Source of the DNA: Sulfurospirillaceae bacterium
GTDB lineage: Bacteria; Campylobacterota; Campylobacteria; Campylobacterales; Sulfurospirillaceae
Length of the DNA: 64,000 nt
Direction: 5' to 3'
NCBI GenBank assembly: GCA_033723415.1
Contig: JAWVXD010000001.1
Span: forward strand, 320,001-384,000
Part shown: one piece after another, positions 10,401-19,432 of the stretch
Layout: each line of letters opens with the position of its first letter
Position numbering within the stretch: the stretch's first letter is position 1
Program-made: the position numbers and the translations under genes
Notes under the pieces: generated by a model
What the model saw: the letters and a program-made list of their open reading frames with translations, nothing else
The model's database searches: none
Told to the model about the DNA's origin: nothing

Positions 10401-11705
10401 ATGGAAATTATCATGACGTTACTGCCGTTTGTTTTTCTTATTGTTTTGATGACTTTGAGTGTACCTGTAGGATTTTCACTCATCCTCTCAAGTATATTGG
10501 AGTTGTTGGTTACTGGCAATTATTTCTTTTTTCAAGAAATCCCTACAACACTTTATTTTTCGCTTGATCATTTTACATTTCTAGCGATACCGTTTTTTAT
10601 CTTATCGGCGGAGCTTCTTTCAGGAGGTAAAGTGATAGATCTATTATTTGCCTTAGCTTCGGTACTTTTAAAACGAGTTCCAGGCGGAGTCGGTGTTGTG
10701 ACTATCTTTGTGAGTATGATGCTCTCATCAATACAAGGCTCGAGTGCCGCTACTGCTGCAGCTCTTGGCAAAATCGGAACGGATGGTATGGGAAAAGAAG
10801 GATATGACCGAGGATTTGCTGCTTCTTTGATCGCAGCATCTGGAGGTTTGGCTATCATGATACCCCCAAGTATAGCGATGATTATCTATGGTACGTTATC
10901 TAATACTTCGATTGGAAAGTTATTTTACGGCGGGATTTTACCAGGAGTCATTATCGGCACTGCATTGATCGCTTATACTATGATCGTTGCTTATAAAAAC
11001 AAATACGGGGTAGAACATGAAGCGATAAGCTGGAGAGCAATTTTTATATTGCTAAGAAACTCAATCCCACTTTTATTCTTCCCTGTCATTGTTTTGTTTG
11101 GTTTTTATACCGGAAAATTTACCGCTACCGAGATTGGAACGATCAGTGCATTTTATTCTGCCTTTATCGGTGCTTTTATTTACAGAACGATCAATATGAA
11201 AAATATTTTTCAAATTATCGACCGATCAAGTAAAGTCACGGTTTCTATCTTTATCATTATTGCCGGAGCGATTTTATTTCAACATATTTTGGTGTTGTCC
11301 GGTTTTGTGAATACAATTTTAGGTGTCATTCATCAAGCCTCACTCTCACGCTTTGAGTTTTTAATTATCATCAGCGTGATCATGTACTTCCTTGGTATGT
11401 TTATGGAAGGTGTCGCACTCAATGTCTTAACCACACCAATTTTAGCACCTATCGCCTTGACATTGGGAATCGATCCTGTGCATTATGGCATCATCTTAGT
11501 TCTAAATATTGAAATTGCACTCATTTCTCCGCCTGTCGGACTCAATCTCTTTGTGCTTTCAGGTGTTACAAATATCAAACCTGAAGCCATGTATAAAGCA
11601 GTATGGCCTGTTATCTTGGTACTTGTGGCTTGTTTGGTTTTACTAATCGCTTTCCCACAATTGACGCTTTTCTTGCCTCATTTGTTGACAAGTACTCATA
11701 TGTAA
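10401..11705 (+). CDS. dctM: TRAP transporter large permease
   Basis: LAIPFFIL, GSSAATAAA, IPPS, FTATE, DPVHYG, SPPVGLNLFV motifs. Confidence 0.92.
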   Translation: MEIIMTLLPFVFLIVLMTLSVPVGFSLILSSILELLVTGNYFFFQEIPTTLYFSLDHFTFLAIPFFILSAELLSGGKVIDLLFALASVLLKRVPGGVGVVTIFVSMMLSSIQGSSAATAAALGKIGTDGMGKEGYDRGFAASLIAASGGLAIMIPPSIAMIIYGTLSNTSIGKLFYGGILPGVIIGTALIAYTMIVAYKNKYGVEHEAISWRAIFILLRNSIPLLFFPVIVLFGFYTGKFTATEIGTISAFYSAFIGAFIYRTINMKNIFQIIDRSSKVTVSIFIIIAGAILFQHILVLSGFVNTILGVIHQASLSRFEFLIIISVIMYFLGMFMEGVALNVLTTPILAPIALTLGIDPVHYGIILVLNIEIALISPPVGLNLFVLSGVTNIKPEAMYKAVWPVILVLVACLVLLIAFPQLTLFLPHLLTSTHM

Positions 11706-11767
11706 GTTTTACCGAGTGTAAAATTTACGTTATTTAATAAATTGAATTATATTATCAGGGGGAACAG

Positions 11768-12835
11768 ATGAATGATCTTAAAAAAATAAAATGTATGTTG
11801 TTTCGTGGGGGAACGTCAAAGGGTGCATTTTTTTTAGCCAATGACTTACCTACGGATATAAAACAGAGAGATGAATTGCTGCTGAAAATCATGGGATCTC
11901 CTGATCCTAAGCAGATAGACGGTATCGGAGGAGCCGCTTTTGTGACTAGTAAAGTTGCCATATTAAGCAGTTCCAAAAGAGAAGGTATCGATGTAGATTA
12001 TAAATTTGTGCAAGTGATGGTCGATGAGCCGATCGTGGATGATAAACCAACTTGCGGTAATATCCTCACTGGAGTCGGAGTTTTTGCAATTGAGCGGGGT
12101 TTAGTGACCATTCAAGACGGTGTTACGCCGGTTAGGATTTACGACATCAACACCGGTGCTACTATCTCACAGATCATACAAACGCCTAATCGCTGTATCC
12201 AATACAAAGGAGATACAAGTATCACCGGAGTTCCCGGTACTGCAGCTCCGGTTGAGATGTACTTTCAAAATATCGCAGGAGGCAAAACCGGACATTACTT
12301 ACCTACAAAAAATCCTATAGACATCATCGACGGTATTGAGGTGACATGTCTTGATATCAGTATGCCTATCGTATTTGTCAAGGCAGAGGATGTCGGTATC
12401 AGCGGTTATGAAACACCCGGTTTGCTTGATAAAAATGAAGCGTTATTTGAAAAATTGATCGCGATACGAGAAAAAGCTTCTTTGATCATGGGATTAGGAC
12501 CTGCAAAAGGCAATGTCATTCCTAAAATTGTCGTGATCAGTCCTCCAAAAAATGACGGCGATATCAATATACGATATTTCACGCCTCTAAGCTGTCATCC
12601 GACAGTCGCAGTATCGGGAGGTTTTTGTATCTCTGTAGGCTGCTTTATAGAGGGAACTTTGATGAATCAAATCCATCCTATGAAATTAGCCGTAGGCGAT
12701 TATACGATCAAAATAGAAAATCCTGGCGGTACGACACCTATTAGCGTTAGTTTTCCGAGCCTTGATATTAGTGAAGTGAGCGGTAAGACGATCAGAACTG
12801 CAAGGTTGCTATTTGATGGAGTAGTCTATGCATGA
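11768..12835 (+). CDS. PrpF-family isomerase (aconitate / 4-oxalomesaconate tautomerase-like)
   Basis: RGGTSKG, GSPDPKQIDGIGG, TSKVAI, CGN, GVPGTAAP motifs. Confidence 0.88.
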   Translation: MNDLKKIKCMLFRGGTSKGAFFLANDLPTDIKQRDELLLKIMGSPDPKQIDGIGGAAFVTSKVAILSSSKREGIDVDYKFVQVMVDEPIVDDKPTCGNILTGVGVFAIERGLVTIQDGVTPVRIYDINTGATISQIIQTPNRCIQYKGDTSITGVPGTAAPVEMYFQNIAGGKTGHYLPTKNPIDIIDGIEVTCLDISMPIVFVKAEDVGISGYETPGLLDKNEALFEKLIAIREKASLIMGLGPAKGNVIPKIVVISPPKNDGDINIRYFTPLSCHPTVAVSGGFCISVGCFIEGTLMNQIHPMKLAVGDYTIKIENPGGTTPISVSFPSLDISEVSGKTIRTARLLFDGVVYA

Positions 12836-14210
12836 TATTATCGTTATCGGAGGGGGCAATGCTGCTTTATGTGCAGCTATCAGCGCAGCAGAAGAGGGCA
12901 AAAGTGTCTTGTTGTTGGAATCTGCTCCAAAACTGTGGCGAGGCGGAAATTCCCAACACACGAGAAATATGCGCGTATCTCATGAAGAACCGACTGAAAC
13001 CTTGGTGGAGCGCTATCCATTTTCTGAATTTTATGAGGATCTCCTCAAGGTCACCAAAGGTGAGACCGATACAGAATTAGCCACTTTGATGATCCAAAAG
13101 TCTGTAGAGCTATTACACTGGATGAACCGTCATGGAATTTACTTTCAGCAAAGTATCTCAGGGACTCTCAGTTTATCTCGAACCAATGCTTTCTTTTTGG
13201 GTGGTGGTAAGACGTTGGTCAACAGAGAGTATCAAATAGCGCAAGATCTAGGTGTCGAAGTTTTGTATGAACATGAAGTTGAGCGCGTCAATATGCAAGA
13301 TGATCACGTCCAATCCCTTGATGTCATGACACCGCAGGGAGTTAAAAATTTCCAAGCTAAAGCATATATTGCAGCAAGCGGCGGGTTTGAATCCAATCGC
13401 GAATGGCTTAAAGAAGCATGGGGAGAAAAAGCAGATAATTTTCTAATCCGAGGTACTCGCTTTAATCAAGGAAAAGTGCTAAAAAGCTTACTAGAACAAG
13501 GCATACAGCCTGTCGGCAAGCCTGAACAAGGGCATGCTGTCGCCATTGACGGGCGAGCGCCGCTTTATGATGGCGGTATTGTCACGAGACTTGATTGCGT
13601 ACCTTTTGGGATTGTACTAAATAAAAACGGTAAAAGATTTTATGATGAGGGAGAGGATTTTTGGCCAAAACGATATGCGATCTGGGGAAGACTCGTAGCA
13701 GCACAACCCGATCAAGTCGGCTATGTCATCATCGACAGTAAAAGTTTTGATCTCTTTATGCCTTCCGTCTTTGCACCGATAAAAGATGAGACGATAGAAG
13801 GATTGGCAGAGAAATTAGATCTTCCGGTTGAGTCCGTGCTTCAAACCATCAATGAATATAACGACCACGTAAAAAAGGGTGATTTTGACACAACGATTTT
13901 GGATGGATGTCAAACAGAGGGCTTGGAAGTAGATAAAACAAACTGGGCGAGAAAGATCGACACTCCGCCGTACTATGCCTACATGTTACGCCCCGGCATC
14001 ACGTTTACCTATCTTGGCGTCAAAATAGATACCAATGCACAGGTTTATATGCGTGATGGAAGAGCGGTAGCAAATCTATTCGCAACCGGTGAGATGGTTG
14101 CAGGTAATATCTTAGGACAAGGTTATTTGGCAGGTACCGGTATGGCTATAGGAGGCGTATTTGGAGTGATAGCAGGGAAAGGGGGCAGTCAATGTTGCAA
14201 GATAGTATAA
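12828..14210 (+). CDS. tcuA: FAD-dependent tricarballylate dehydrogenase
   Basis: GGGNAALCAA, RGGNSQHTRN, GTLSLSRTNAFFLGGGK, DEGEDFWPKRYAIWGRL, PGITFTYLG. Confidence 0.93.
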   Translation: MHDIIVIGGGNAALCAAISAAEEGKSVLLLESAPKLWRGGNSQHTRNMRVSHEEPTETLVERYPFSEFYEDLLKVTKGETDTELATLMIQKSVELLHWMNRHGIYFQQSISGTLSLSRTNAFFLGGGKTLVNREYQIAQDLGVEVLYEHEVERVNMQDDHVQSLDVMTPQGVKNFQAKAYIAASGGFESNREWLKEAWGEKADNFLIRGTRFNQGKVLKSLLEQGIQPVGKPEQGHAVAIDGRAPLYDGGIVTRLDCVPFGIVLNKNGKRFYDEGEDFWPKRYAIWGRLVAAQPDQVGYVIIDSKSFDLFMPSVFAPIKDETIEGLAEKLDLPVESVLQTINEYNDHVKKGDFDTTILDGCQTEGLEVDKTNWARKIDTPPYYAYMLRPGITFTYLGVKIDTNAQVYMRDGRAVANLFATGEMVAGNILGQGYLAGTGMAIGGVFGVIAGKGGSQCCKIV

Positions 14211-15307
14211 AACAAACACCACAAGATAACTTGCAAGAAGCAAGACGTATCATGGAGATCTGTAACGCGTGTCGTTACTGCGAAAGTTTATGCCCGGTTT
14301 TCCCGGAGATCACACGATTTAGAACGTTTAGTGATCATGATCTAAACTATTTAGCAAATCTTTGCCACAACTGCAAAGGATGTTACTACGGGTGTCAGTA
14401 CTCACCTCCTCATGAATTTGCCATCAATGTTCCAAAAACGTTGGCGGAAGTGAGAGTGGATAGTTATGCCAGATATGCATTTCCTCAGGTTTTGGGTAAA
14501 TTGTTTGCAAAAAATGGAACATTTGTCAGTATCATGATAGCCTTGTGCATCGCATTGATCTTTGTAGTAGGATCAATATTTAGCACTACGGGGTCATTTT
14601 TTGCAACTCACAGCGGCGAGGGGTCTTTTTATCAAGTAATACCAAGTTTTCTCATGATCGGTGTGCCGATGATCATCGGTGTTTATGTTTTGGCAGCTTT
14701 TTATTTTGGATTTCAACAATTTTGGTTAGAAAGCGGCAATGAAATAGGTGAGCTTAAATGCGGCGCCCTTTGGAAGTCGGCTTTTGGTGACATCATGACC
14801 TTAAGACATTTAGACGGCGGCGAACACGGACACGGATGCACCCATATGGATGATCGCTTTAGTCACTCAAGAAGATGGTTTCATCAAGCCACAATGTTTG
14901 GATTTTTCTTTGCGATCATCTCTACAAGTATTGCGGCGATTGATGAGCATATTTTAGGTTTGGCGGCGCCCTATGGATTTACTTCGCTGCCTGTGATCTT
15001 TGGCACGTTAGGCGGCGTGATGATGGTGATCGGCACGATTGGACTTGCCGCGATTAAAACCAAAGCAGATCCTGCTCCGATGGCAAAGCAATTACTGGGT
15101 ATGGATTATTCATTTATCGTTTTATTGTTCTTGGTGAGTTTGTCCGGCTTGCTTTTATTGGCTTTACGAAATACGGCTTTGATGCCTTTGACGTTATGCA
15201 TCCATCTTGGCTTTGTTTTAGCGTTTTTCGTAACCATGCCTTATAGTAAGTTTGTGCATTTTCTCTATAGACTAGGTGCCTTGCTCAAATTTGCCAAATA
15301 CAAGTGA
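14192..15307 (+). CDS. tcuB: Tricarballylate utilization 4Fe-4S membrane protein
   Basis: CNACRYCESLCP and CHNCKGCYYGCQYSPPHEF Fe-S motifs; C-terminal TM domain ending PYSKFVH. Confidence 0.92.
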   Translation: MLQDSIKQTPQDNLQEARRIMEICNACRYCESLCPVFPEITRFRTFSDHDLNYLANLCHNCKGCYYGCQYSPPHEFAINVPKTLAEVRVDSYARYAFPQVLGKLFAKNGTFVSIMIALCIALIFVVGSIFSTTGSFFATHSGEGSFYQVIPSFLMIGVPMIIGVYVLAAFYFGFQQFWLESGNEIGELKCGALWKSAFGDIMTLRHLDGGEHGHGCTHMDDRFSHSRRWFHQATMFGFFFAIISTSIAAIDEHILGLAAPYGFTSLPVIFGTLGGVMMVIGTIGLAAIKTKADPAPMAKQLLGMDYSFIVLLFLVSLSGLLLLALRNTALMPLTLCIHLGFVLAFFVTMPYSKFVHFLYRLGALLKFAKYK

Positions 15308-15325
15308 TTTGAAACCATTAAAAAG

Positions 15326-16381
15326 ATGAATATGAAAAATATTGCTAAAGTACTACTCACACTCTTTATAGCCCTTATTGGAGCAGTAATATTTGAATAT
15401 TTTAAATTACCTCTTCCTTGGTTAATAGGACCTATCGTTATCATATCTATTGTGGTAAAACTTTTTCCGACATTGCCAATGGAAGAGCCGAAAATTTTCT
15501 CTTCTCCTGCAAAGGCAATACTTGGCTTGACGATAGGAAGTGCCTTTGTGCCTGCAATTTTAAATCATCTAGGCAGCTACATGATCAGTTTGTGTATTGT
15601 CGTACCTTTTATTTTGGTGATAGCCGTTGGAGGTACTTTTTATTATTGGAAATTTCTAGGGCTTGATCGTATGACGGCTTTTTTCAGTGCGATGCCTGGG
15701 GGTATCTTGGTCATGGTTTCCATCGGCGAAGAGATGGGTGCCAATGTCTATAAAGTGACCTTGATGCAAGCCACAAGGCTCCTTTTGGTGATCTTTTCAC
15801 TGCCGCTTATCATCAAACACTGGGCACATATTGATCTTAGTTCCAATGTAACATTTACGCCTCCGCTGAGAGATGTTTCTTTGGTTGACTTGGCTTTGTT
15901 GGCGATTCTTGGCATCGTTGGAGTTTGGATTTCAAAAAAATGGAAAATTTCAGGAGGAAACCTCCTGATTCCTATGGTGCTGAGTGCGGTTTTTTATTTT
16001 AACGGTTGGATCGTCTCTAAACCGCCGGATGAAATTATCAAGCTGGTTCAGATTATCCTTGGCTCATCAATCGGTTTTTCATTTTATGGGGCCCCTATAA
16101 AAGACATCATCAAGACCATTGTTTCGACTATCGGGTATTTTATCCTTTTGCTTTCAACCTGTTTCCTTGCGATCATGCTGGTGCATGAGATCACCGACAT
16201 CGATCTGCTCTCGATCATCTTGGCTTTTGCGCCGGGCGGGCAGGCTGCGATCAATCTGATAGCCATAGTGGTAGCGGCAAATATCCCTTATGTTGCACTG
16301 CATCATGTTTTAAGGATTTTTTTGGTCATGGCGGTTTCACCGATCTTTGCCAAAAAGTTTAAGTCTGAAGAGATAATTTAA
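15326..16381 (+). CDS. AbrB-family (AidB regulator-like) membrane protein
   Basis: PLPWLIGP; duplicated halves with MPGG/APGG motifs; many TM segments. Confidence 0.8.
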   Translation: MNMKNIAKVLLTLFIALIGAVIFEYFKLPLPWLIGPIVIISIVVKLFPTLPMEEPKIFSSPAKAILGLTIGSAFVPAILNHLGSYMISLCIVVPFILVIAVGGTFYYWKFLGLDRMTAFFSAMPGGILVMVSIGEEMGANVYKVTLMQATRLLLVIFSLPLIIKHWAHIDLSSNVTFTPPLRDVSLVDLALLAILGIVGVWISKKWKISGGNLLIPMVLSAVFYFNGWIVSKPPDEIIKLVQIILGSSIGFSFYGAPIKDIIKTIVSTIGYFILLLSTCFLAIMLVHEITDIDLLSIILAFAPGGQAAINLIAIVVAANIPYVALHHVLRIFLVMAVSPIFAKKFKSEEII

Positions 16382-16386
16382 AAAAG

Positions 16387-16965
16387 CTAATCTATATGTA
16401 GCGATACGATCCTATCGCTGCACCACTTTGCTAAACTTTCATCATGAGTTATCAATAAAATTCCTACCATATCCAAAAATTTCACAAGAAGCTTCATGAC
16501 TTCAAGCTGCGTTATATTGTCAAGAGCGCTTGTCGGTTCATCAGCCAAGATCAGATCAGGTTTCATAAGAAGAGCTCGCAATATAGAACATCTCTGCAGT
16601 TGTCCACCGCTTAGTTCATGCGGTTTCTTTTCCAAAAGTTCTGTTGCAAGATTTAACTCACTACAAAGCTTTTCATGACCATCCAAAGTAGCCACATCTT
16701 TTATTTGATCTATTATCTTATATGTTGGATGAAAAGACGTGTAGGGATCTTGAAAAATTTGAGAAAAATTTGAAACTTGGATGACACCGGAACTTGGTTT
16801 TAAATTCTTACTAATCAACTCAAACAATGTACTTTTACCTGAGCCGCTAGGTCCTACAATACAGACAATTTCACCTTTATTTACATCTAGAGAAAAATTT
16901 TTATAAATATTTCGCTTACCGTCATACGAGAACGATATATCTTCAATCTTCAGAATCTTATGCAT
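16387..16965 (-). CDS. ABC transporter ATP-binding protein (orphan, peptide-transporter-like)
   Basis: Walker A GPSGSGKS, IFQDP, LSGGQLQR, DEPTSALD, ITHD. Confidence 0.88.
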   Translation of the reverse strand: MHKILKIEDISFSYDGKRNIYKNFSLDVNKGEIVCIVGPSGSGKSTLFELISKNLKPSSGVIQVSNFSQIFQDPYTSFHPTYKIIDQIKDVATLDGHEKLCSELNLATELLEKKPHELSGGQLQRCSILRALLMKPDLILADEPTSALDNITQLEVMKLLVKFLDMVGILLITHDESLAKWCSDRIVSLHID

Positions 16966-18198
16966 TTATCTTATGTTTCCACTGCCATAAATCTTATATT
17001 TATAGGTCGTCAGATCATTTATTCCCATTGGTCCTCTAGCATGAAGTTTACTTGTGCTTATACCTACTTCCGCACCAAAACCAAACTCAGAGCCATCTGT
17101 AAATCTTGTACTTGCATTGATATATACACAAGCAGAGTCCACTTCATTTAAGAATTGTTCTCCATTAGAATACACCTGCGTAATAATAGAATCAGAATGT
17201 CCTGAGCCGTATTTATTGATGTGAGCTATTGCTTCATCAATATTTGCTACAACTTTTATGGATAGTATATTGTCAAGATATTCTGTATAAAAATCATCTT
17301 CTGAGGCTTCTTGAACGTCAATATATTGTCTCGTTTTTTCACAACCTAAGAGTTTTGTGCCCATTGCAATAAAATCATTTTTTAGTTGAGGAAGTATTGA
17401 TTTTGCAATATTTTCGTGAATCAAAAGTGTTTCCATCGCATTGCAAACACCTGTTCTTTGGCACTTTGCATTTACAGCTATCTTTAAGGCATCTTGTATT
17501 TTGGCACTTTCATCTATAAAAATATGGCATAGTCCCTTGTCATGTTTTATGACAGGCACACTTGAGTTTTCAGATACATATCGGATCAACTCTTCACCGC
17601 CTCTTGGTATGATCAAATCAACAAATTTATCCATTTTTATGAGTTTTGCAACACCTTCTCTTGAATCATCAGGCAATAAGGAAATGATCTCTTTAGGTAA
17701 ACCAAGCTCGACAAGCGTCTCTTGCAGTATATTTGCTATGACGGTGTTGCTGTGTCTTGCTTCTTTTCCACCTTTTAAAACACAGGCATTTCCGCTTTTA
17801 AAACAAAGTGCTGCCGTGTCGCTGGTTACATTTGGACGACTCTCATATATAATACCGATAACTCCTATAGGAACTGATACTTTTTCTATGCGAAGGCCAT
17901 CAGGTGTTATCCAACCATCAAGAATCCTTCCTGTCGGTTCTTTCAATACAGCGATTTCTCTGATGCTTTTTGTCATGCCCAATATTCTTTCTTTTGTAAG
18001 AGAGAGCCTATCCATCAATGCATCAGGAAGTTGGTTAGCTATACCGGCTTCTAAATCTTTTTGATTTTCACTGATAATCAAAGCAATATTTTTTTCTATA
18101 TTCTCAGCCATATGATTTAATATCTTTGCTTTATATTTGGGTTTAAATGTAGAGAGCACTCGACTTGCATCTTTGATATTTTTTAAGAAATTTTCCAT
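16966..18198 (-). CDS. proA: Glutamate-5-semialdehyde dehydrogenase
   Basis: IYESRPNVT, LKGGKEA, CNAMETLL, NASTRFTDG, LHARGPMG. Confidence 0.97.
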   Translation of the reverse strand: MENFLKNIKDASRVLSTFKPKYKAKILNHMAENIEKNIALIISENQKDLEAGIANQLPDALMDRLSLTKERILGMTKSIREIAVLKEPTGRILDGWITPDGLRIEKVSVPIGVIGIIYESRPNVTSDTAALCFKSGNACVLKGGKEARHSNTVIANILQETLVELGLPKEIISLLPDDSREGVAKLIKMDKFVDLIIPRGGEELIRYVSENSSVPVIKHDKGLCHIFIDESAKIQDALKIAVNAKCQRTGVCNAMETLLIHENIAKSILPQLKNDFIAMGTKLLGCEKTRQYIDVQEASEDDFYTEYLDNILSIKVVANIDEAIAHINKYGSGHSDSIITQVYSNGEQFLNEVDSACVYINASTRFTDGSEFGFGAEVGISTSKLHARGPMGINDLTTYKYKIYGSGNIR

Positions 18199-18322
18199 TT
18201 TTTACCCTTCTCACATAAATATTATAAACAAATTGAATAAATTTTTTAAGATTTTACTCTTTTTTTAATGTAAGTAAGATAAAATTGTTTATAATTCACT
18301 GCAAGAGGATAAAGGAGGCAAA

Positions 18323-19279
18323 ATGCAACAAGTATATGACGTTATAATTATAGGTAGTGGCCCGGGTGGCGTTGGTGCAGCTATAGAATCAAAAGTTCTA
18401 GGGCTTGAAAAAATTCTTGTTATTGAAAAAGGCGATAACCATTCTCAGACAATTAGAAAATTTTATAAAGACAATAAACGAGTAGATAAAGATTATCAAG
18501 GACAAGAGGTTGATATCAAAGGAAATGTTCAATTTCTAGACGGTACAAAAGAGAGTACTCTTGATTACTTTGATCAACTCATAGATAATGAAGAAATAGA
18601 CGTAGTTTTTAATAGAGAAGTAGAAAAAGTAGAAAAACAAGATGGATTATTTGCAGTGACGACATCTAAAGCAGGATATTTAGCTAAAAATGTGATAGTA
18701 GCTATAGGACGCATGGGAAAACCAAATAAACCTAGCTATAAAATTCCGCCTTCAATCAAACAAAAAGTAAATTTTAATCTAGAGAGATGTACACATGGAG
18801 AAAAGATATTAGTCGTAGGAGGAGGAGATTCTGCATCTGAATACGCTGTTTATCTTGCAAAAGAAAATACTGTAACGTTAAATTATAGAAAAACTGAATT
18901 TTCTAGATTAAACAGTATCAATGCAAAAGAGTTAGCCGATGCAAACGGAGAAGAGAGATTGCGTTTAAGACTAGGTGTAAATATACTAAGTCTTGAAAAT
19001 GAAGGTGGATCGGTTAAAGTAACTTACGATGACGGATATAGCGTTGTTTACGACAGAATTATTTATGCAATTGGCGGGACAACTCCTGTAGATTTCTTGA
19101 AAAAATGTGATGTAGAATTAGATGAAAACAAACAACCGATACTAGATCAAAATTTTGAAACTAACAATAAAGGTTTATACATAGTCGGAGATTTGGCAGT
19201 TGACAGTGGCGGTAGCATTGCTATAGCATTAAATCACGCTTTTCATGCCGTAACTCATATGCTGCAAAAGGATAAGTAA
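18323..19279 (+). CDS. TrxB-like FAD/NAD(P)H oxidoreductase (flavodoxin:quinone reductase FqrB-like), copy 1
   Basis: GSGPGG FAD motif, VGGGDSA NADPH motif, no redox CxxC; HSQTIRKFYK..KRVDKDY segment recalled from Campylobacterota FqrB. Confidence 0.75.
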   Translation: MQQVYDVIIIGSGPGGVGAAIESKVLGLEKILVIEKGDNHSQTIRKFYKDNKRVDKDYQGQEVDIKGNVQFLDGTKESTLDYFDQLIDNEEIDVVFNREVEKVEKQDGLFAVTTSKAGYLAKNVIVAIGRMGKPNKPSYKIPPSIKQKVNFNLERCTHGEKILVVGGGDSASEYAVYLAKENTVTLNYRKTEFSRLNSINAKELADANGEERLRLRLGVNILSLENEGGSVKVTYDDGYSVVYDRIIYAIGGTTPVDFLKKCDVELDENKQPILDQNFETNNKGLYIVGDLAVDSGGSIAIALNHAFHAVTHMLQKDK

Positions 19280-19311
19280 GCTTTATTCTTTAGAGATATT
19301 TTATATATTTA

Positions 19312-19360
19312 TAAAGCCAATATAAAAAAGGATAAATTTTGCCTTATTATATTGGCTTTA
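19312..19360. terminator. Long stem-loop between the two oxidoreductase paralogues
   Basis: Perfect 14-bp inverted repeat TAAAGCCAATATAA / TTATATTGGCTTTA with inner AAGG/CCTT pairing. Confidence 0.55.
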
Positions 19361-19432
19361 AAAAAAATTTTACTGCTTTATCAACATAACTAAGGTAAAA
19401 TCCCAACGATTATACAAGACAAGGAGTTTAAA

